Shown in pieces: positions 18,494 to 28,216 of a stretch of 64,000 nt of DNA; within the stretch, counting starts at the first letter, position 1, and every line of letters starts with the position of its first letter. The notes under the pieces were generated by a model. It had not been told where the DNA came from, did no database searches, and saw only the letters and a list, made by a program, of their open reading frames with translations. The stretch is from assembly GCA_019414325.1 (NCBI GenBank), contig DXMG01000003.1, positions 28,271-92,270 on the forward strand. The letters are read 5' to 3'. A program made the position numbers and the translations under genes. Origin of the DNA: Collinsella sp. (GTDB lineage: Bacteria > Actinomycetota > Coriobacteriia > Coriobacteriales > Coriobacteriaceae).

Positions 18494-19480
18494 TTACAGC
18501 GCGAAGTCGCCGCCGACGAGCGTGGAGACGGGCTCCTCGTGGTAAACGGCGGAGATGGCCTGAGCGAACTCCTCGGCGACCGAGATGGTCTTGATCTTGC
18601 CGCCGACCTCGACGGGAATGGCGTCGGTGACGAGGCACTCGACGATCGGGGCGTCGTTCAGACGCTCGATGGCCGGACCGGAGAAGATGCCGTGGGTGGC
18701 GCATACGTAGATGTCGCCGGCGCCCATAGCCTTGAGCTCCTTAACGTTGGCGCACAGGGTGCCTGCGGTGTCGATCATGTCGTCGTTGATGATGCAGGTC
18801 TTGCCCTTGATGTCACCGATGATGCCCATGACCTCGGCGGCGTTGTGGCGCGGACGGCCCTTGTGGGCGATGGCCAGGTCGCAGCCGAGCATGTCGGACA
18901 GCTTCTTGGCGGCCTTGGCGCGGCCCACATCGGGGGAGACGACAACCAGGTTGTCGGTGTCGAAGTGCATGTCGTTGTAGTACTGGCCAAACAGCGGCAG
19001 CGCGGACAGGTGGTTAACCGGGATATCGAAGAAGCCCTGAATCTGGCCCTGGTGCAGGTCGAGGGTGATGATGCGGTTGACGCCGGCGCGCTCGAGCAGG
19101 TTGGCGACGAGGCGGGCGGTGATGGGCTCGCGCGGGCCGGCCTTGCGGTCCTGGCGGGCATAGCCGTAGTGGGTGATAACGGCGGTGATGGAGCGGGCGG
19201 ATGCGCGCTTGGCAGCGTCGGTGGCGATGAGCAGCTCCATGAGCATGTCGTTGACGTTGCCGCCGGCCACGGACTGAATCAGGAAGACGTCGGCGCCGCG
19301 GACGGTCTCGTCGTAGCGGGCGTAAATCTCACCGTTGGCGAACTGCTTTAGCGTAAGGCCCGAAAGCTCGACCCCAAGGTACTCAGCGATCTTCTGAGCG
19401 AGGGGACGGTTGGAGGAACCGGAATACACGCGGATGGACTTGCGCATATTCTCCGACTTCTCGGGATCATTAATCGGCAT
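18494..19480 (-). CDS. prs: ribose-phosphate pyrophosphokinase
   Basis: VYSGSSNRPLAQKIAEYLG, YARQDRK and the PRPP-binding loop CIINDDMIDTAGT. Confidence 0.95.
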   Translation of the reverse strand: MPINDPEKSENMRKSIRVYSGSSNRPLAQKIAEYLGVELSGLTLKQFANGEIYARYDETVRGADVFLIQSVAGGNVNDMLMELLIATDAAKRASARSITAVITHYGYARQDRKAGPREPITARLVANLLERAGVNRIITLDLHQGQIQGFFDIPVNHLSALPLFGQYYNDMHFDTDNLVVVSPDVGRAKAAKKLSDMLGCDLAIAHKGRPRHNAAEVMGIIGDIKGKTCIINDDMIDTAGTLCANVKELKAMGAGDIYVCATHGIFSGPAIERLNDAPIVECLVTDAIPVEVGGKIKTISVAEEFAQAISAVYHEEPVSTLVGGDFAL

Positions 19481-19671
19481 TACCCTTCTCCTTTATATCG
19501 AATGCCATATAGATGCCTTGTTGCATTGTAACCGCGCGACGGGGTTAATCGGGTCTTGATAACGTCTTTACCGTCAACGGACACGAACCGACCACTCATC
19601 CTGTCGCGCAGGTCACGATAGAAAAAAGAGCCGCCCCCATGGGAACAGCTCCTTAGATGCTTGGTAAAACG

Positions 19672-21084
19672 TTATACCTCGTCGTCCTCGTGCAGACGGC
19701 GGCGATAATCGGCGGCCCAGCCCTCAATATTTACCTGACGGGCACGACCCAGGCCAAGTGCGTCGGCCGGGACCGGCTCAGTGATGACGGAGCCGGCGGC
19801 CACGAGCGCGCCGTCGCCGATCTGGGCGGGCGCGACCATCATGGTGTCGGAACCGATGAAGGCGTCCTTGCCGATGACGGTCTTGTGCTTGTGCACGCCG
19901 TCGTAGTTGCAGGTGATGGAGCCCGCGCCCACGTTGACGCCGGAGCCCATGGTGGTGTCGCCGATGTAGGACAGGTGCGGCACCTTGGAGCCCTCACCGA
20001 TCGTGGACTTCTTGATCTCCACGTGCGTGCCGGCCTTGGAGCCGTCGAGCATGTGGGTGCCCGGGCGCAGGTAGGCGCGCGGGCCGCAGTCGACGCCGTT
20101 CTCGATGACGGCCTCGATGGCGATGGTCTCATCGATGATGCAGCCGCTGCCGACGGTGGTGTCGGTGAGGCGACTGTTGGGGCCGAGCTGGCACTCTTCG
20201 CCCACGGTGACGTGACCGATCAGATGCGTCTGCGGCCACACGACGGTGTCGCGGCCGATAACGGCATCGGGGCCGATCCAGGCCTGCGTGGGGTCGATGA
20301 AGGTAACGCCCTCGGCCATCCAGTGCTCGTTGATGCGGTCGCGCGCGATAGCGGTGAGCTGCGCGAGCTGGATACGGCTGTTGACGCCCAGGCCATCGCG
20401 GTAGTCATCGCAGTGGAAGATGGAGACAGCCTGGTCGTGGCTTTTGAGAATCTCGAGCATGTCGGGCAGGTAGTACTCGGATTGCGCGTTGTCGTTGCCG
20501 ATCTCGTCAATGTGCGCGGCGAGCTGCGCGCCGTCGAAGGCGTAGCAGCCGGCGTTGCACTCGAGTAGCGTGGCGGCCTGCTCGGGCGTGCAGTCCTTCT
20601 GCTCGATGATGCGCTCGATCTGGCCGTCGGCGCCCAGTTTGATGCGGCCGTAGCCGAAGGGGTCGGGCGGGGTCATGGTCATGACGGTGCAGGCGAGCTC
20701 GCCGGTAGCGACGGTCTGCGCGAACTTGGCGACGGTGTCGGCGGTGATGAGCGGCAGGTCGCCGTTGAGCACGACGACGGGGCCTTGCGTGATGCCGCAG
20801 GCCTCGAGCGCGACCTTCACGGCGTGACCGGTGCCCAGGCGCTCGGTCTGCTCGACGCACTCGACCTTGGTGGCGCTGTTGGCGTAGGCGCCGTCGATCA
20901 GGGCGCGCATCTCGTCGGCGTGGCTGCCGATGACGACCACGACGCGGCTGCAGCCGGCCTTGATGGTAGCGTCGACGATCCACTGGACCATGGGCTTGCC
21001 CAGGATCTTGTGCGAAACCTTGCAGTGGTTCGACTTCATGCGGGTGCCCTCGCCGGCAGCGAGGATAATTGCGGTTGCGTCCAT
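19672..21084 (-). CDS. glmU: bifunctional UDP-N-acetylglucosamine pyrophosphorylase / GlcN-1-P acetyltransferase
   Basis: Start trimmed from 21294 to the ATG at 21084 (MDATAIILAAGEGTRMKS). C-terminal left-handed beta-helix hexapeptide repeats. Confidence 0.9.
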   Translation of the reverse strand: MDATAIILAAGEGTRMKSNHCKVSHKILGKPMVQWIVDATIKAGCSRVVVVIGSHADEMRALIDGAYANSATKVECVEQTERLGTGHAVKVALEACGITQGPVVVLNGDLPLITADTVAKFAQTVATGELACTVMTMTPPDPFGYGRIKLGADGQIERIIEQKDCTPEQAATLLECNAGCYAFDGAQLAAHIDEIGNDNAQSEYYLPDMLEILKSHDQAVSIFHCDDYRDGLGVNSRIQLAQLTAIARDRINEHWMAEGVTFIDPTQAWIGPDAVIGRDTVVWPQTHLIGHVTVGEECQLGPNSRLTDTTVGSGCIIDETIAIEAVIENGVDCGPRAYLRPGTHMLDGSKAGTHVEIKKSTIGEGSKVPHLSYIGDTTMGSGVNVGAGSITCNYDGVHKHKTVIGKDAFIGSDTMMVAPAQIGDGALVAAGSVITEPVPADALGLGRARQVNIEGWAADYRRRLHEDDEV

Positions 21085-21277
21085 GTGATCTCCTGTTACG
21101 TTATAGAGACGTGTGTTTGGAAACGATACACGGCGCAATATGATACCGCAGGCATATGATGAGCGCGTAACGATTGGATTGCGGCGGTTGAGACTTGCGC
21201 CGCCGGCGTGGCGTTTGCACTGCTTGCGTGCGGCGTTGGCGGTGCTGCGGAGCTGTCGTTTGAGCGAGGAGACGGGG

Positions 21278-22171
21278 GTGCCCGTGGACAACATACGAGA
21301 GGAGTTTGGCGGCGAGCCCGTCGCGGCGTTCTCGATTTCGCATCCGGCGGTGCCGGCACTCTATATAGTGCTGACGCTGGGGCTCACCATGTTCTCGATG
21401 CAGCCGGTGCTGATTGCGCTGTCACTTGTGGGCGGGCTGGCGTATGGATTTGCGACGCGTGGGGCTGCCCGCACGCTGGGCGCACTCCGCTGGCTGCTGC
21501 CGGTGATTTTGATTATCGCGCTGGTCAATCCGCTGTTTAGCGCCTCGGGCTCGACGGAGCTGTTCCGTATTGGCATGCGCGCGGTGTATCTGGAGAGCAT
21601 GGTATACGGCCTGTGCATGGGCGGGCTGTTTGTGGCGAGCGTGCTGTGGTTTGAGGCTGCGGCGTCGATGCTCGAATACGACAAGGTACTCGCGCTGCTG
21701 GGCAATGCCGCACCGGTGATTGCGCTTATGATCTCGATGTGCATGCGGCTTATCCCGCAGTTTTTGCGCCGCGGCCGCACGGTGCTGGCGGTGCAAGATG
21801 CGATTGACGTGCCGGGGCGCGCGCCGGCCGACCCCGTGCGCTCGCGCCTGCGGGCATCGAGCGTGTTGATGGGCTGGGGCATGGAAGATTCGCTGGAGCG
21901 CGCGGACGCGATGCGCTCGCGCGGGTGGGGTGCCGCGACACGTCGTACGACGTATGCGCGGTATCGACTGGGGCGCAGCGACGTTGCCGCGCTGGTCGGG
22001 CTCGCGCTGTTTGGTGCCGCCGCGGTGGCCGTGGCGGCGACCGCGACGACGCAGTATTCGTTTTATCCGCAGCTCTCGGTGCCGGCGCCGTGGCTGGGCT
22101 ATGTCGTGTACGCTGCCTGGATGATGCTGCCTTGCGCATTGCACGCGATTGATGAGAGGAGGTTTGGCTGA
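21278..22171 (+). CDS. ecfT: ECF transporter transmembrane (T) component, CbiQ family
   Basis: Multi-TM protein directly upstream of, and overlapping (TGATG), the duplicated ECF ATPase. The GTG start at 21278 behind AGGAG is my proposal and is uncertain. Confidence 0.65.
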   Translation: MPVDNIREEFGGEPVAAFSISHPAVPALYIVLTLGLTMFSMQPVLIALSLVGGLAYGFATRGAARTLGALRWLLPVILIIALVNPLFSASGSTELFRIGMRAVYLESMVYGLCMGGLFVASVLWFEAAASMLEYDKVLALLGNAAPVIALMISMCMRLIPQFLRRGRTVLAVQDAIDVPGRAPADPVRSRLRASSVLMGWGMEDSLERADAMRSRGWGAATRRTTYARYRLGRSDVAALVGLALFGAAAVAVAATATTQYSFYPQLSVPAPWLGYVVYAAWMMLPCALHAIDERRFG

Positions 22172-23814
22172 TGGCTCGGTTGGATAGGGGCCCGGTGTCG
22201 GGCGCGGCGTGCGGCCCGGATATGCCGGCGATTGAGGTGCGGAGCCTGAGCTTTGCCTACCCCGATGCTGATGCTGCGGTGCTCGAGGGGCTCGACTGGT
22301 CTGTTCCCCAAGGTGCGTTTGCGCTGCTTGTTGGCGGTACCGGATCGGGTAAGTCGACGCTGCTGTCGCTGCTCAAACCCGAGATCGCTCCGGCGGGCGA
22401 GCGCACTGGCGATGCGCGCGTGCTGGGCGAGAACGTCGCCGACATGGATGTGCGGGCATCGGCGGAGCGCGTGGGCTATGTGTTCCAGGATCCCGAGAAC
22501 CAGATCGTGTGCGAAACCGTGTGGCACGAGATGGCGTTTGGCCTGGAAAACTTGGGGCTAGCGCGTGATGAGATGCGTCGTCGCGTAGCTGAGACCAGCT
22601 ATTTCTTTGGGCTGGAAGATTGGCTCCACCGCGACACCGATACGCTTTCGGGCGGACGCAAACAGCTGCTGTCGCTGGCGGCTGTGCTGGCATTGCGCCC
22701 GCGCGTGCTGCTGCTCGACGAGCCCACGTCTCAGCTTGATCCGGTTGCGGAGAAGAATTTCCTGCACGCGCTGTTTCGTGTGAATCGCGAGCTGGGCTGC
22801 ACGGTTGTTGTGGCGACGCATCAGCCGCGCCCAATGCTCGAATACGTGACGTGTGCGTACCGGATTGAGGACGGTCGCGTGCGCGAGGTGACGGATATGG
22901 CTTCTTTGGGACGCCGAGAATCGCTGTTTTCCGATGACATGTTGGGGTGGGGTGCCATCCGATGTGCAAATAAAGGAGTATTCAGCAGACGTGAGGACAA
23001 TTTGGGCTCTCTGGAGCCGCCCGGGGACGTATCGAGCGCGAAAAAAAGTTCGGAATTGGACAAATCGTCCGAATTTGTGGCGCAAACGTCGCTCGAGAAC
23101 GGCTCGGAAGCCTTCTCGCGCACGGATGGAAGCAGAATACTCCAAAAAATGCACGGCGGGTCGGCTACCACCCTGTCGGAAGGCTGGTTTCGCTACGATC
23201 GAGCGTCCGGCTGGGTGCTGCGCGGGCTCGATGCTTCGTTTTCGGCTGGCGCGGTGCATGCAATCGTGGGCGGCAACGGATGCGGTAAGTCGACGATGCT
23301 CTCGGTGCTGGCGAAGACCGCCAAGCTGCAGCGCGGCCGCATGGTGCGCGAAGCGGCCTCGGCGGCGCTGTTGCCACAGAACCCCAAGGCATTGCTGGTC
23401 GCCGAAACGGTGCGCGACGAGCTGATGGAATGGGCATCGACCTGCGGATATGACGAGAACTTGGCGCGGGAGCGTGCAGCGCAACTGGGACTGGACGGCT
23501 TGGAGGCGCGTCACCCGTACGATCTTTCGGGCGGTCAGCGCCAGCTGCTTGCGTTGGCAAAGCTGCTGCTGATTGGTCCGGAGCTGCTGTTGCTTGACGA
23601 GCCCACGAAGGGCTTGGACCTGGAGAGCCGCCGCATCATCGCCTGCGCTTTGCGCAAGCACGCGCAGGCAGGCGGCACCGTCATCATGGCTACGCACGAT
23701 TTGGACTTTGCCGAGCAGGTAGCCGACGACGTCGCCATGATGCTTGACGGCGAGATTGCCTGCGTGGAGCCCCCGGCCGACTTCTTTGCCGACAACGTGT
23801 TCTATAGGGCGTGA
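22171..23814 (+). CDS. ecfA: fused ECF/ABC ATPase with two nucleotide-binding domains (EcfA1-EcfA2)
   Basis: Two Walker A sites (GGTGSGKST, GGNGCGKST), two signatures (LSGGRKQ, LSGGQRQ) and two Walker B sites (LLLDEPT twice). The domains are joined by a low-complexity linker. Confidence 0.85.
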   Translation: MARLDRGPVSGAACGPDMPAIEVRSLSFAYPDADAAVLEGLDWSVPQGAFALLVGGTGSGKSTLLSLLKPEIAPAGERTGDARVLGENVADMDVRASAERVGYVFQDPENQIVCETVWHEMAFGLENLGLARDEMRRRVAETSYFFGLEDWLHRDTDTLSGGRKQLLSLAAVLALRPRVLLLDEPTSQLDPVAEKNFLHALFRVNRELGCTVVVATHQPRPMLEYVTCAYRIEDGRVREVTDMASLGRRESLFSDDMLGWGAIRCANKGVFSRREDNLGSLEPPGDVSSAKKSSELDKSSEFVAQTSLENGSEAFSRTDGSRILQKMHGGSATTLSEGWFRYDRASGWVLRGLDASFSAGAVHAIVGGNGCGKSTMLSVLAKTAKLQRGRMVREAASAALLPQNPKALLVAETVRDELMEWASTCGYDENLARERAAQLGLDGLEARHPYDLSGGQRQLLALAKLLLIGPELLLLDEPTKGLDLESRRIIACALRKHAQAGGTVIMATHDLDFAEQVADDVAMMLDGEIACVEPPADFFADNVFYRA

Positions 23815-23818
23815 TGGG

Positions 23819-24532
23819 ATGACGGACTGTCGTTTCTCGCGCTTGCTTGCAAAACTGGAGATCCCGCTGCTGCTGGCGGTGCCAGCTGTGATGGCTGCGG
23901 CGTTGCTGGCGGGCGTTGAGCAGGCGGCGTTGGCCATGCTGATTGTGGTGGCGCTGGTGCTCGCGCTGTTCTTTGCGGGTTACGAGGCATCTCGTCCGGG
24001 TTTGCGCCAGATTATGCCCACACTGGTGCTGGCGGCGCTGGCCGCGGCGGGGCGCATCCTGTTCGGACCCATTCCCGATTTTAAGCCGGTGAGCGCCATC
24101 GCCATTATCGCGGGGGCGACGCTTGGTCGCCGCAATGGTTTTATGGTTGGCGCGCTGGCGGCGTTGACCAGCAATTTCTTTTTTGGACAGGGCATGTGGA
24201 CGCCATGGCAGATGTATGCTTGGGGGCTCGTGGGATACGTTGGCGGTGCGCTGACGTATGCGGGTGCGTTCGACCGCGCCGACGGCACCGTGCGCATGCC
24301 AGCACTGCTGGCGTACGGCTTTGCGTCGGGCCTGCTCTATGGCGTCGTGATCAACGCGTATGACATCATTGGTTTTGTACAGCCGCTTACCTGGGCGGGT
24401 GCCGTGGCGCGTCTTGCCACGGCAGTGCCGTTCGATATCACACATGGCCTCGCGACCTGCGTGTTCTTGGTCGCCCTGTACAAGCCCTGGTGTCGCCGCA
24501 TTAACCGTGTCGTCGTGAAATACGGGCTGTAA
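23819..24532 (+). CDS. putative ECF transporter substrate-capture (S) component
   Basis: Start trimmed to the ATG at 23819. About 6 TM helices with FFFGQGMWTPWQMYAWGL. Assigned from its position after ecfT-ecfA. Substrate unknown. Confidence 0.55.
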   Translation: MTDCRFSRLLAKLEIPLLLAVPAVMAAALLAGVEQAALAMLIVVALVLALFFAGYEASRPGLRQIMPTLVLAALAAAGRILFGPIPDFKPVSAIAIIAGATLGRRNGFMVGALAALTSNFFFGQGMWTPWQMYAWGLVGYVGGALTYAGAFDRADGTVRMPALLAYGFASGLLYGVVINAYDIIGFVQPLTWAGAVARLATAVPFDITHGLATCVFLVALYKPWCRRINRVVVKYGL

Positions 24533-24558
24533 GGCATTTCGCGTTTCCTCACGAACTT

Positions 24559-24617
24559 GCGGTGGAATAGTTCTCGTTTTTGGCTATTTGCTGCCCAAAC
24601 AGGAACTATTCCACCGC
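24559..24617. repeat. 15-bp inverted repeat between convergent S-component gene and xth
   Basis: GCGGTGGAATAGTTC ... GAACTATTCCACCGC with a ~29-nt loop. Confidence 0.6.
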
Positions 24618-24681
24618 ACCTTATAGGGGGAGAGGGGTCACATGATCTGTTTTCCTCTGTCCCCCCAGGAATTACTTGGGG

Positions 24682-25500
24682 CTAGAGCTCTAGCGTGAGG
24701 GTGACGGGGCAGTGGTCGCTGCCAAAGATGTCGCCGCGGATGCCGGTGTCGCGTACGTTGTCGGCGATTGCGTCGCTCACCAGGAAATAATCGATGCGCC
24801 AGCCGGCGTTGTTCTTGCGAGCATTAAAGCGGTAGCTCCACCAGCTGTAGACGCCCTCGACGTCGGGGTTTGCCGCGCGCCAGGTATCGGTGAAGCCGGC
24901 GTTGAGCAGCTCGGTAAACTTGCCGCGTTCTTCGTCCGAAAAGCCCGCGTTGCCGCGGTTGGACTTGGGGTTCTTAAGGTCGATCTCCTCGTGCGCCACG
25001 TTAAAGTCGCCGCAAGTTACGACGGGCTTGCCGCTCTCGCGCTCAAGCGCGCTCAAAAAGCCGCGATAGGCATCGTCCCAGGCCATGCGCACATCGATGC
25101 GCGCGAGTTCGTTTTGCGCGTTGGGCGTGTAGACATCCACAAACCAAAACTTGTCGAACTCGAGCGCACAGACGCGGCCCTCGGTTGCGGCTTGGGCAAC
25201 GAGCTCGGCGGCCTCGCCCTCGCCGGCGTAGGGTAACAGCGCGTCGGCGTGCAGCACGCGCAGCGGTTCCTGGCGGCTAAAGACCGCGGTGCCCGAATAG
25301 CCTTTGCGCTCGGCGTAGCTCCAGGTTTGGTGATAGCCGGGCAGGTCGATATCGACCTGGCCCTCCTGCAGCTTGGTCTCCTGCAGCGCCAGGATATTGA
25401 CGTCGAGTTCTTGCGCAATCTGGATAAAGCTCGGGTCCTTTTTGAGCACGGCGCGCAGGCCGTTGACGTTCCACGAGGCGAAAGTGTAAGTCTGAGGCAT
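24682..25500 (-). CDS. xth: exodeoxyribonuclease III
   Basis: FASWNVNGLRA, ILALQETK, GDFNVAHEEIDL and SDHCPV motifs of the ExoIII/APE1 family. Confidence 0.9.
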   Translation of the reverse strand: MPQTYTFASWNVNGLRAVLKKDPSFIQIAQELDVNILALQETKLQEGQVDIDLPGYHQTWSYAERKGYSGTAVFSRQEPLRVLHADALLPYAGEGEAAELVAQAATEGRVCALEFDKFWFVDVYTPNAQNELARIDVRMAWDDAYRGFLSALERESGKPVVTCGDFNVAHEEIDLKNPKSNRGNAGFSDEERGKFTELLNAGFTDTWRAANPDVEGVYSWWSYRFNARKNNAGWRIDYFLVSDAIADNVRDTGIRGDIFGSDHCPVTLTLEL

Positions 25501-25635
25501 GGTGTCCTTTCGACGGGGTTGGCAGGCTTAAGATTAGCGCAACAGGGGCGGGGTGGGCTCCGTGCATGCTGACTTAAAGGCCGCATGCTGGAACGTCGCT
25601 CAACGCTGCCCGACTAACAAGGACGGAGGACTCAT

Positions 25636-26388
25636 ATGACTCAGGCAATATCGGACCCCAGGCAGGCCTCCGCCGCGCTGGCGGATCTGTTTGACACCCA
25701 CAAGCGCGTGGTCTTCTTTGGCGGCGCTGGTGTTTCCACGGCAAGTGGCATCCCCGATTTCCGTAGCGTGGACGGCCTGTATCACCAGCAGTTTGCCTAT
25801 CCGCCCGAGACCATGCTGTCGCATAGCTTTTACGAGGCGCATCCTGCCGAGTTCTTCGACTTTTACCGCACCAAGATGATCGCGCTTGGCGCCAAGCCCA
25901 ACCGCTGCCACACCAAGCTGGCCGAGCTGGAGCGCGCCGGCAAGCTAAATGCCGTGGTGACACAAAATATCGACGGCCTGCATCAGATGGCCGGCTCACA
26001 GCGAGTGTTTGAGTTGCACGGATCGGTCCATCGCAACATTTGCCAGTCGTGCGGCGCGGTCTATAGCGCCGAGTGGATTTGCGCGCGCGAGCACGAGGAT
26101 GCCGCGGGCGTGCCCGTGTGCCCTGCGTGCGGCGGTCGCATCAAGCCCGATGTGGTCCTCTACGAAGAGCCGCTTGATGAGCGTGTGCTTACCGGCGCCG
26201 TTACTGCCATCGCCGCAGCCGACGCCCTCGTCGTGGGCGGAACCTCGCTCGTGGTGTATCCGGCGGCGGGCCTCACGCGTTGCTTTACTGGCGATACGCT
26301 GGCCATTTGCAATTTGGCGCCTACCGATCAGGATGCAAATGCCGACCTGCTGATTTCTTGCGACATCGCGGCCGCGTTTGCGTTCTAG
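25636..26388 (+). CDS. cobB: NAD-dependent protein deacylase (Sir2 family)
   Basis: GAGVSTASGIPDFRS, TQNIDGLH, HGS and the zinc ribbon CQSCG ... CPACGG. Confidence 0.9.
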   Translation: MTQAISDPRQASAALADLFDTHKRVVFFGGAGVSTASGIPDFRSVDGLYHQQFAYPPETMLSHSFYEAHPAEFFDFYRTKMIALGAKPNRCHTKLAELERAGKLNAVVTQNIDGLHQMAGSQRVFELHGSVHRNICQSCGAVYSAEWICAREHEDAAGVPVCPACGGRIKPDVVLYEEPLDERVLTGAVTAIAAADALVVGGTSLVVYPAAGLTRCFTGDTLAICNLAPTDQDANADLLISCDIAAAFAF

Positions 26389-26482
26389 CCCGCGCGCGCG
26401 GATACAATAGAAAGACTGATTGCAAAGCGACCCCGCCGCCAGCGCCCGAGCGCGGCGGCGCGGGCATTTTAGGAGGATGTTC

Positions 26483-28216
26483 ATGGCGAACGACAGCAAG
26501 ACATGGCGGTGCGGAAAGTACGAGCTCAGCTTTGACCGTCCGCGCATCATGGGCGTCCTCAACGTGACGCCCGATTCGTTTAGCGACGGCGGTGAGCACT
26601 TTGACCAGGATGCCGCTATCGAGTACGGCCTGGCGATGCTTGATGCTGGCGCCGACATCATCGACGTGGGCGGCGAGTCCACGCGCCCCGGCTTTACCCC
26701 GGTCAACCCCGACGAGGAGGCGCGTCGCGTGCTGCCCGTCGTGCGCGCGCTCGCCAAAGAGGGTGCCATTGTCTCGATCGACACGCGTCATGTGGCGGTT
26801 GCCAAGGCGGCTGTGCGCTGCGGCGCTTCGATTGTCAACGACGTGACGGGCTTCACCGATCCCAAGATGGTTGAGTTCGTTAAGACGAGCACCTGCGGCG
26901 TCATCGTGATGCACGCCGGCGAGGTCGCTGCGCCCGCACGCACGCACGCGACGGTGCAGCTCGATACCTCGGCTGCGGCGTTTGTTGCTGAGAAGGCACG
27001 CGAAGCGGCTGCCGAGGCCGCGCGCGAGGCCGAGAAGCCGGCCCGTCGCCGTCGCGGCAAGTTGCTGGGCGAGCCCAAGGTTGAGGCCAAACTTCCGGGC
27101 GGCGTGGTGCAGCCCTCGCTGCCGTTTGGCGAACCGGAGCCCGCGCCCGAGTCTGTTGACGAGCCGGAGACGCCGGCTGCCGAGCAGGCTGCCCCTGCCG
27201 CCGCTGCACCCGAGGCCGTGCCCGCGGCCACCGAAGCCGCACCAGAGCCCAGCGACCACCTGGCCGCCATGATGCGCCGCAGCGCCCGCCGTGAGGAAGC
27301 CTATGTGCCCACCTCGCAGCTCCGCCGCTTTACCCTGCCCGATTCTGCGCCCATCATGCGCCGCGTCATGGGCTTTCTGTCCGACCAGGCCCGCACGCTC
27401 ATCCATGCCGGCGTGTCGCGCGACCGTATCTGCATCGATCCCGGACCGGGCTTTGGCAAGACGGCCAACGAAGACATCGTCATCCAGCGCGAGACCGCCA
27501 AGATGGCGTCGCTGGGCTATCCGCTCATGTGCGCCGTGTCGCGCAAGCGCTTTGTGGGCGCCGTCTCGGGCGTGACCGAGGCCGCCGCGCGCGATGCCGC
27601 CACGTTTGGTGTGTGCCTGGGCGCCATCCAGGCCGGCGCCAACATCGTGCGCGTGCATGACGTTGCGGGCTTTGCGCAGTTCCTGAACGGTTACTGGGCC
27701 GTTGCCAAGCCGCAGCCGCGTCGCGCGTTTGTGGCCGTGGGTTCCAACCTGGGGCATCGCTGCGACAACATCCGCGCTGCGCGCGACATGATTGCCGAGA
27801 TCCCGCTCACCTGCGTGTCCAACTGCTCGCGCATCTACGAGAGCGAGCCGGCCTACGAGACGCGCCAGGACGCGTTTGCCAACGCCGTCATCGAGATCAA
27901 GACCGAGCTGGCGCCGCTGGTGCTGCTTGACGAGCTTATGAAGATTGAGGCCGAGCTGGGCCGAGACCGCTCCAAAAAGGCCAAGGTAAACGGCCCGCGC
28001 ACCATCGACTTGGACCTGCTGTGGATGGATGGCGAGACCCACGGCGGCGAGAAGCTGCGTCTGCCGCATCCGCTGATCGGCGAGCGCGACTTTGTGCTGG
28101 TGCCGCTCGAGGACCTGATGCACGACCCGGCGCGGTTCTTCCGCTACAACGGCGTCGAGGTCAAGGAGCCCGAGGATCGCGTAGGCCATATCGTGGGCGA
28201 ATTGGGGCGTATGTAG
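26483..28216 (+). CDS. folP: fused dihydropteroate synthase / HPPK (FolP-FolK) with a long low-complexity insertion in the DHPS domain
   Basis: Start at the ATG at 26483 behind AGGAGG. DHPS blocks IMGVLNVTPDSFSDGG, DIIDVGGESTRPG and ICIDPGPGFGKT. HPPK blocks AFVAVGSNLG and GPRTIDLDLL. Confidence 0.85.
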   Translation: MANDSKTWRCGKYELSFDRPRIMGVLNVTPDSFSDGGEHFDQDAAIEYGLAMLDAGADIIDVGGESTRPGFTPVNPDEEARRVLPVVRALAKEGAIVSIDTRHVAVAKAAVRCGASIVNDVTGFTDPKMVEFVKTSTCGVIVMHAGEVAAPARTHATVQLDTSAAAFVAEKAREAAAEAAREAEKPARRRRGKLLGEPKVEAKLPGGVVQPSLPFGEPEPAPESVDEPETPAAEQAAPAAAAPEAVPAATEAAPEPSDHLAAMMRRSARREEAYVPTSQLRRFTLPDSAPIMRRVMGFLSDQARTLIHAGVSRDRICIDPGPGFGKTANEDIVIQRETAKMASLGYPLMCAVSRKRFVGAVSGVTEAAARDAATFGVCLGAIQAGANIVRVHDVAGFAQFLNGYWAVAKPQPRRAFVAVGSNLGHRCDNIRAARDMIAEIPLTCVSNCSRIYESEPAYETRQDAFANAVIEIKTELAPLVLLDELMKIEAELGRDRSKKAKVNGPRTIDLDLLWMDGETHGGEKLRLPHPLIGERDFVLVPLEDLMHDPARFFRYNGVEVKEPEDRVGHIVGELGRM

